DNA of 41,528 nt from Octopus bimaculoides (lineage: Eukaryota), in assembly GCF_001194135.2 (NCBI RefSeq), contig NC_068989.1, forward strand, positions 81,520,332 to 81,561,859. The letters run 5' to 3'. The notes beneath the pieces are model-generated. The model ran no database searches and was not told the origin of the DNA. It worked only from the letters and a program-made list of their open reading frames with translations. The translations under genes and the position numbers were made by a program. Positions 34,696 through 41,528 of the stretch are shown here, piece after piece (the first letter of the stretch is position 1; each line of letters opens with the position of its first letter).

Positions 34696-35470
34696 TTTGT
34701 CTTGTAGCATAGACGCAGGTGAAATTCCTCTTTCCCATTTATTATATATACGTACATTCGAACGTAGCATGGAACGGCTAGTCTTTGGCTGCTATTTGGA
34801 TCCTGTTGTGTCCACTACTCTGATTGATTGGCATTGGCACAATTTGTCTCTTACTCAATTGTGCCAACTGACATGTATAACCAGTCGGAGGCCCTCAATA
34901 TGATCACGTGGGACAACCTGTTTATAATTCTGTTTTTGAGCCTACAGCTTCTTATAAAAACTTGAGTTTTCCTCCTTCCGAGGTCTTTGATTCCAGACCT
35001 TTTAAGGTCTAGCCACTGACCTTAAAGACACAGCCAGTTCCAGTGACAACGCCAACACCAGACAACCACCACCACAGCAGCTACGTTGAGACTCACCAAC
35101 TTCATCCAACAGCCTTACAGTAATCTCCATCTTCATTGCCATCATCGTGTCCTTCTTAACATTGTCAACATCTCTCTACACACATTGCTCAGTAAGCAAT
35201 TCACCCAGGTTCCAACACTTCACTGTTTATGAATTATCTCACCATGGATCAACAGCAAATATACAACCTGCATGAACTCCTATACAAGTGACCCAGGTAG
35301 CAGCATCACAGCCACGACTTCACGTATGACATGTACCTGCAACCAGCTCAGCATCATGGCTATGACTTCTTGATACAGTATTCCAACTACTGTGTACTAT
35401 TGACTATGAACTGGTATTATTCATTTTCCTAGTGTCTATGAAATTACTTCTCATTTCGATGACTATAGAC

Positions 35471-35865
35471 CAGTGATTCTTAACCTTTTTAGTTATTTCT
35501 TTATTGCCCACAAGGGGCTACACATAGAGGAGACAAACAAGGACAGACAAAGGGATTAAGTCGATTACCTCGACCCCAGTGCCTAACTAGTACTTAATTT
35601 ATCTACCCCGAAAGGATGAAAGGCAAAGTCGACCTCAGCGGAATTTGAACTCAGAACGTAGCAGCAGACGAAATACTGCTAAGCATTTCGCCCGGCGTGC
35701 TAACGTTTCTACCAGCTCACCACCTTGATTCTTAACCTTTTTACTGCTACACCTCCCTTTGCATCTATGAATAAAATTCTCTCTCAAATTTTAAATAAAA
35801 CCTAAAACATGTTTTTAGTCTCTTTAGCAAATATGAATTAGTCACATTATACAAAATATGTATAA
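35471..35865. mobile_element. hAT-Charlie-type element, left end (copy 2), interrupted by a SINE
   Basis: CAGTGATTCTTAACC terminus; sequence shared with 33093-33242. Confidence 0.75.
35492..35726 (-). mobile_element. Full-length family-B SINE with 17-bp TSD
   Basis: GATTCTTAACCTTTTTA at 35475-35491 and 35727-35743. Confidence 0.95.
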
Positions 35866-36577
35866 TCATCATCATCATCATCATCATCGTTTAACGTCCG
35901 CTTTCCATGCTAGCATGGGTTGGACGATTTGACTGAGGACTGGTGAAACCGGATGGCAACACCAGGCTCCAGTCTAATTTGGCAGAGTTTCTACAGCTGG
36001 ATGCCCTTCCTAACGCCAACCACTCAGAGAGTGTAGTGGGTGCTTTTACGTGTCACCCGCACGAAAACGGCCACGCTCGAAATGGTGTCTTTTATGTGCC
36101 ACCCGCACAAGCCAGTCCAGGGGCACTGGCGACGATCTCGCTCGAAAATCCTACGGGAGCCAGTCAGGCGGTACTGGCAACGGCCACGCTCAAAATGGTG
36201 CATCTCATGTGNNNNNNNNNNNNNNNNNNNNNNNNNNNNNNNNNNNNNNNNNNNNNNNNNNNNNNNNNNNNNNNNNNNNNNNNNNNNNNNNNNNNNNNNN
36301 NNNNNNNNNNNNNNNNNNNNNNNNNNNNNNNNNNNNNNNNNNNNNNNNNNNNNNNNNNNNNNNNNNNNNNNNNNNNNNNNNNNNNNNNNNNNNNNNNNNN
36401 NNNNNNNNNNNNNNNNNNNNNNNNNNNNNNNNNNNNNNNATTCTCACCACATGTCCATACCAGCGCAATCGTCTCTCTTGCACACCACAACTGATGCTTC
36501 TAATGTTCAGCTTTTCTCTCAAGATACTTACACTCTGACGGGTATTCACGTTGACATTACACATCCAACGGAGCATA
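35866..36577 (-). mobile_element. Young 5'-truncated RTE (tail, 3' UTR, gap, ORF fragment)
   Basis: (ATC)n tail at the left, UTR tandem units; ORF MLRWMCNVNVNTRQSVSILREKLNIRSISCGVQERRLRWYGHVVR nearly identical to 7831-7950. Confidence 0.9.
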
Positions 36578-36587
36578 TATATATATC

Positions 36588-36625
36588 CATCCAACCCATG
36601 CTAGCATGGAAAGCGGACGTTAAAC

Positions 36626-36629
<4 letters not shown>
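36588..36629 (+). mobile_element. Short RTE 3' tail, inverted relative to the adjacent RTE
   Basis: catccaacccatgctagcatggaaagcggacgttaaacgat. Confidence 0.85.
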
Positions 36630-36659
<30 letters not shown>

Positions 36660-36677
<18 letters not shown>

Positions 36678-36872
36678 TGAGAATGTGTGTGTGTGTGTCT
36701 GTACGTGTACATCACTAAAACTCAAGAACTACCCAGCCGATTTCATTCAAATTTTACACATACACTACTTAGGGTCCATGGAGTGTCATGGGTTCAAAGA
36801 ATGTTCAACTTCTTGCCTAATGCGAGCCCAGAGCAATCTCTCAGACTGTTTCGGTATTATGTGTCAAAAGTG
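36660..36872 (+). mobile_element. Helitron-like non-autonomous repeat
   Basis: tatataaaactgagaatgtgtg…ctaaaactcaagaactac…atttcattcaaattttaca; homologous to 39310-39620 (-). Confidence 0.6.
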
Positions 36873-39309
36873 TACTATTGACTACTGTGTACTATTGACT
36901 ATGAACTGGTATTTTCCATCCTTCTTGTGTCCATGAACTTACTTCTCACTTCGATGACTATTAGTATATTATTATAAGAGATTACTACAGCTGTCATTAA
37001 AGATAGCACCTTTTTACATTACCAGATTCAGTAACTGACATGTGACCTTTATTGCCTGATGTTTTCAATAATCCAAGCAGCTTTTTCTGCTTATCAGATG
37101 ATTCCTTTGTCTTCAACACCTCACTAACCTTACTTATCAACACTGATGTTAACTGAAGCCTCAGTTGGTTCCACTTAAGAAAGTCCCTTACTCATTTTTT
37201 ATTCAACTTCTTATAGTAACACTTTTCAATATCTTTCTTTTCACTATAGCTGGGTTACTGCAGCAGACATACATTTTCCCAATTCTTGTTAATATGATCA
37301 CTCTACTTCGCATAACAGACATTTTATTCCTCTCATCCTTGTGATACTGAGCTTCAACACTTTATCGGTGATATTAACCTTTAGCATTCAAATTTCTCTG
37401 TCAAATGTAATGCTTGTTTATTCACATCGATATGAACTAGTTATACTTCACCTTGTAGCTTTGAGATTTCAATCACATTGTAGTGAGTCAAAAAGATTTA
37501 TTAGGTTACTGTGGTATAGTTCAGTTGTGCTGTGGCATATTCCAGCCAGTCAGAGATGGAGGTGTATGAATAAAACGGCAGTGATTCGCCTTAGCAACAG
37601 AACTCACTACAGCAGAGAAGTGGCAGTTTGAAACGTTTTGTGGATTTGACGGCAAAGAAGCAACATCGCTTTCTTCGACATGTCACATTTTCTTTGTCCA
37701 CCACCAACTCATTTTATTAATATCAGCTTCCACTCTGCTTCATATAGACCTCAGTGTTTATAATAATATTTTTGTAGAACAGGGCTGAGCAAAGGTAAAC
37801 TAAAATTGTGTAGGTTAACATATCAAAGCTGTCTATTATTTTTGTTTCAATGAGGAACCTCTAGTGGTATTCTTCATATGATGGCTTCATTTATTTTCTT
37901 CTAAACCACATGGATGCATTTTGTTTCAATATGGCGTCCGATCTTCTTCTTCACACATAAACCCGTGATGCCTTACGCATGTGCACCGGTGCCCAATACA
38001 CGTTTCACCTCACTTCAGATTAATTTTTTTCCTGCTTGCCACCATTGGTGTAAAATTTGATCTTGCTTTGTCTTGAATTTGTTTTATGATTATTTGAAAG
38101 GAAAATGAAACAAAACACACTGAGGACTAATATATCTTTTTATTGCAATACTAGTAACACTTTTCAATATCTTTGCCCGGGTTAAAGAAAATAACGAAAT
38201 CTAAAAACGCTGTCTAGACTATGCAACCCTCAACTATTAGTAGCTACGATACCATATTTCTACATTAATAACTCTCCAATCCATGCCAGCATGGAACATA
38301 GACATTAAGTGGAATGCCAGTCTCTCATCCAGGAGGGCCTTGAAATCAATGTTACCAACTGGGGACTATGTGTGTCGTAGTGATAATAAAAAGACCCAAA
38401 GGAGGTCTGCAACGAAATAATTTTACTCAACACTTTGCAAGTGAATCAGTGGAGGCAAAGATGCGTCTCATTTACTTGACAATTTATGCACCACATTGCA
38501 GAAATCACAATGTAAGTATATCTGAAAGGGTAGTCTTACACTGTTGTACCGTTGAATTACAAATAATGNNNNNNNNNNNNNNNNNNNNNNNNNNNNNNNN
38601 NNNNNNNNNNNNNNNNNNNNNNNNNNNNNNNNNNNNNNNNNNNNNNNNNNNNNNNNNNNNNNNNNNNNNNNNNNNNNNNNNNNNNNNNNNNNNNNNNNNN
38701 NNNNNNNNNNNNNNNNNNNNNNNNNNNNNNNNNNNNNNNNNNNNNNNNNNNNNNNNNNNNNNNNNNNNNNNNNNNNNNNNNNNNNNNNNNNNNNNNNNNN
38801 NNNNNNNNNNNNNNNNNNNNNNNNNNNNNNNNNNNNNNNNNNNNNNNNNNNNNNNNNNNNNNNNNNNNNNNNNNNNNNNNNNNNNNNNNNNNNNNNNNNN
38901 NNNNNNNNNNNNNNNNNNNNNNNNNNNNNNNNNNNNNNNNNNNNNNNNNNNNNNNNNNNNNNNNNNNNNNNNNNNNNNNNNNNNNNNNNNNNNNNNNNNN
39001 NNNNNNNNNNNNNNNNNNNNNNNNNNNNNNNNNNNNNNNNNNNNNNNNNNNNNNNNNNNNNNNNNNNNNNNNNNNNNNNNNNNNNNNNNNNNNNNNNNNN
39101 NNNNNNNNNNNNNNNNNNNNNNNNNNNNNNNNNNNNNNNNNNNNNNNNNNNNNNNNNNNNNNNNNNNNNNNNNNNNNNNNNNNNNNNNNNNNNNNNNNNN
39201 NNNNNNNNNNNNNNNNNNNNNNNNNNNNNNNNNNNNNNNNNNNNNNNNNNNNNNNNNNNNNNNNNNNNNNNNNNNNNNNNNNNNNTCTCTCTCTTTCTCT
39301 CTCTCTCTG

Positions 39310-39620
39310 AAAGTATCTGTCATTACAGTATCGAAATGTGATTGTTTCAGTTAGTAGAATAGTTTCATTTTTAAAGTGAAAGTATTTGACATGAGTGTTT
39401 TTGTTTCACTTTTGACACGTAATACTTAAATAGTGGAGGAGATATTATGTTGCCGTGGGCTCGAACTCCGCAAGAGGTTAATAATTTTTTTTGACTAAAA
39501 CACAACTGGAACCCTAAGTAAGGCATCTGTAAAATTTGAATGAAATTGGTTGCGTAGTTCTCGAGTTTTAGGGATTCACACAGACAGACAGACACACATT
39601 CTCATTTTTATATATATAGA
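39310..39620 (-). mobile_element. Helitron-like non-autonomous repeat
   Basis: Minus-strand start A|TCTATATATATAAAAATGAGAATGTG; homologous to 36660-36872. The class call rests on the 5'-TC end only. Confidence 0.6.
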
Positions 39621-39695
39621 TTAGTGATTTCTTTTCTTTGAGAACTGTGCTCGCCACATTTTATAAGTTCGTATGTGCTACATTTCTTGGCCGGT

Positions 39696-40000
39696 ATGAA
39701 TCACTCTTCCTTACCAGCATTCACTGGTGATGCAAGAGTTTGGTTCATGCAAAAGGAGGCATATTTTGCTGCCAACAACATTAGATTGAAGCAGCAACAG
39801 CTATACATTTTGTTGAGCACCATTCCTTCTTCCTTAGTGGTTCATTTGAAAGATCTAACTACAGACATACTGCAAGACACTACATATTTATCTATGAAGC
39901 ATGAAGTCCTCCATCAGACATCTCTATCAGTGGAGAAACGAATTCGAACACATTACATATAGGAGACATTCCTTCCAATTTACATTAGTGACTCACACAT
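39696..40000 (+). pseudogene. Ty3/Gypsy gag N-terminal remnant
   Basis: LPAFTGDARVWFMQKEAYFAANNI…LLSTIP…LKDL…YLSMKHEVL…SVEKRIRT, then LHIGD-x-PS after a frameshift; fits the LPxF…WFxQxEAxF gag pattern. Confidence 0.7.
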
Positions 40001-40434
40001 GTAAGAAGAAATAGTTTCAAATATGACATTCTTCAACAAAATATAGACTGGCATATAAAACTGCTTTCCACAGTTGAAAGTAATGAAATTTTGAGTGAAT
40101 ATATCTGATTTTAACAGTAAAAGGATTAATAAATCTTACAGCTTCTTAGATTGAGTAAATCTTACTTTATATCTTACTTTACTTCCTGCACTTTGTGAAT
40201 GAAAATGGTACCATTGAGTTTGAAAGTTTCTCGTTCACCTGTATTTATGATGGTAAGATTGTGAATGGGAAGTCTAAGCAACTCAGACAGAATATATACC
40301 TCAAGCTATTTTTGTTTGAAAGCACCACTTTATCACTCTGCTCAATGATATGTACATTTTCTACTGACAAACACACACACACACACACAAACATTCATAC
40401 ATACAAAGGTATACTATAAATTTAGAATTTTGTT

Positions 40435-40800
40435 ACAAGCTAGATGTTTTCCATCAAAGATGCTTGAGAAGGATTCGGAGAATGTACTGGCGAAACTATT
40501 TAACCAATGAACATGTTCTGAAGAGGGCCAACACAACACTTATTGAAATCATCATGGAATGAAGATTGAAAGTAGCAGGTCATATTTTAGTTACCAGAAC
40601 AACGCTGTTCTAAAACAGTATTCAAATGGACACTACCAGAAGGAAAGGAAGAGCAGTAAATCAAACACTACATGATACAGAATATTCACAACTAACATGA
40701 GACAGGCCAGTCTCGCATGGGTAGACATAGAGAAAACTCCAACCAAAAGAAGCCAGTGGCGTCAACATGCTGCCCAATGCTCTCAAGTCCACCTGAAAAA
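40435..40800 (+). pseudogene. Decayed non-LTR (RTE/L2-like) ORF C-terminus
   Basis: LDVFHQRCLRRI…W…TNEHVLKRA…RLKVAGHIL…KW…EGK. Confidence 0.7.
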
Positions 40801-41153
40801 CTGATACAGATATACCTGGAAGTCATGCTCAACAAAACTAATAATAAAACAAACGATGAAATAAAAAGGTGAAAGACAATTATAAAGATAAAATAAATAG
40901 GTTCTCCAACCATAACAAACAAGTGTAGATATAATTAAATAAAACAAAAATAGATCAAGTGGATATGACAAAATATATCCAGTTTGAAGTGATTAGATTA
41001 CAAATACTTTTAAAACATACTAACAGCAAATTCCAGATTATTCAAGTTTCAACCCTGTGGCAGAAGTCAAAGCAGACGGGAAAGTGACATGCCAGAAGTT
41101 ATCAAGTCATAAAAATAGACAAAACATGACTTACACATTCACAACTTGGTGTG

Positions 41154-41192
<39 letters not shown>

Positions 41193-41245
41193 GTGTATGT
41201 ATATGTGTGATATATATATATATATATGTTAAAGTCTGTCATACC

Positions 41246-41285
41246 GGCCATGACGAAGGGAAAAAGCCCTGAAACTCGAGTCGCC
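41246..41285 (+). ncRNA. Minimal type-I hammerhead-ribozyme-like motif (Penelope/retrozyme type)
   Basis: GGC-C(A)TGACGA-AGGG aaaaag CCCT-GAAAC tcga GTC-GCC: helix I 3 bp, helix II 4 bp, palindromic ACTCGAGT helix III, GUC site, one extra A in the core. Confidence 0.65.
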
Positions 41286-41528
41286 TTTATATATTTATAT
41301 TTATATATCTGATCCTTTATATTGAACACTCAATATTTCATCTACATTCAATACTTTCTTTCATGGTGTCACCCATTTTTATTTTATTTTATTTTATATT
41401 ATATATTCCATATTCTATACCCCACATTGGTTCTGCAGGAATATAAATAAAACATAAAAAACAGACAGTGTTGGAACTCTTTTAAACAAAATAATATATT
41501 CCTCTATACACAATCATACAAAAAAACC

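Noticed and set aside
35933-35955. CTGAGGA-CTGGT-GAAAC, a hammerhead-like core on the antisense strand of every RTE tail
   Set aside because: The 5-nt linker cannot form helix II, and no compatible helix I or UH site was found.

Overview
AT-rich, repeat-dense, intron-containing animal genomic DNA with three assembly gaps (7061-7830, 36212-36439, 38569-39285). The SINE and RTE families resemble octopus/cephalopod repeats; this is an inference from recalled repeat sequence, not a database result. One intact protein-coding gene could be reconstructed by hand: an 8-exon aldo-keto reductase on the minus strand (CDS 24982 to 12463, 885 nt, 294 aa). All its introns are GT-AG, the phases are consistent, and the catalytic tetrad D50/Y55/K84/H117 is intact. 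The rest is mobile-element debris: several tRNA-derived SINE families, RTE LINE fragments, a CR1/L2-like RT remnant, a cecropia/Hsmar1-like mariner, a hAT-Charlie transposase remnant with MITEs, Helitron-like ends, a Gypsy gag remnant, three fold-back palindromic elements and minisatellites. The most notable unexplained signals are (1) three dispersed minimal hammerhead-ribozyme-like motifs of the Penelope/retrozyme type, two antisense inside AKR introns, (2) a palindromic element with a (TTAGGG)3...(CCCTAA)n core, (3) two young RTE copies with inverted-tail architecture, and (4) a 26-bp satellite that appears to derive from an RTE 3' UTR unit. No prokaryotic system or CRISPR array is supported.
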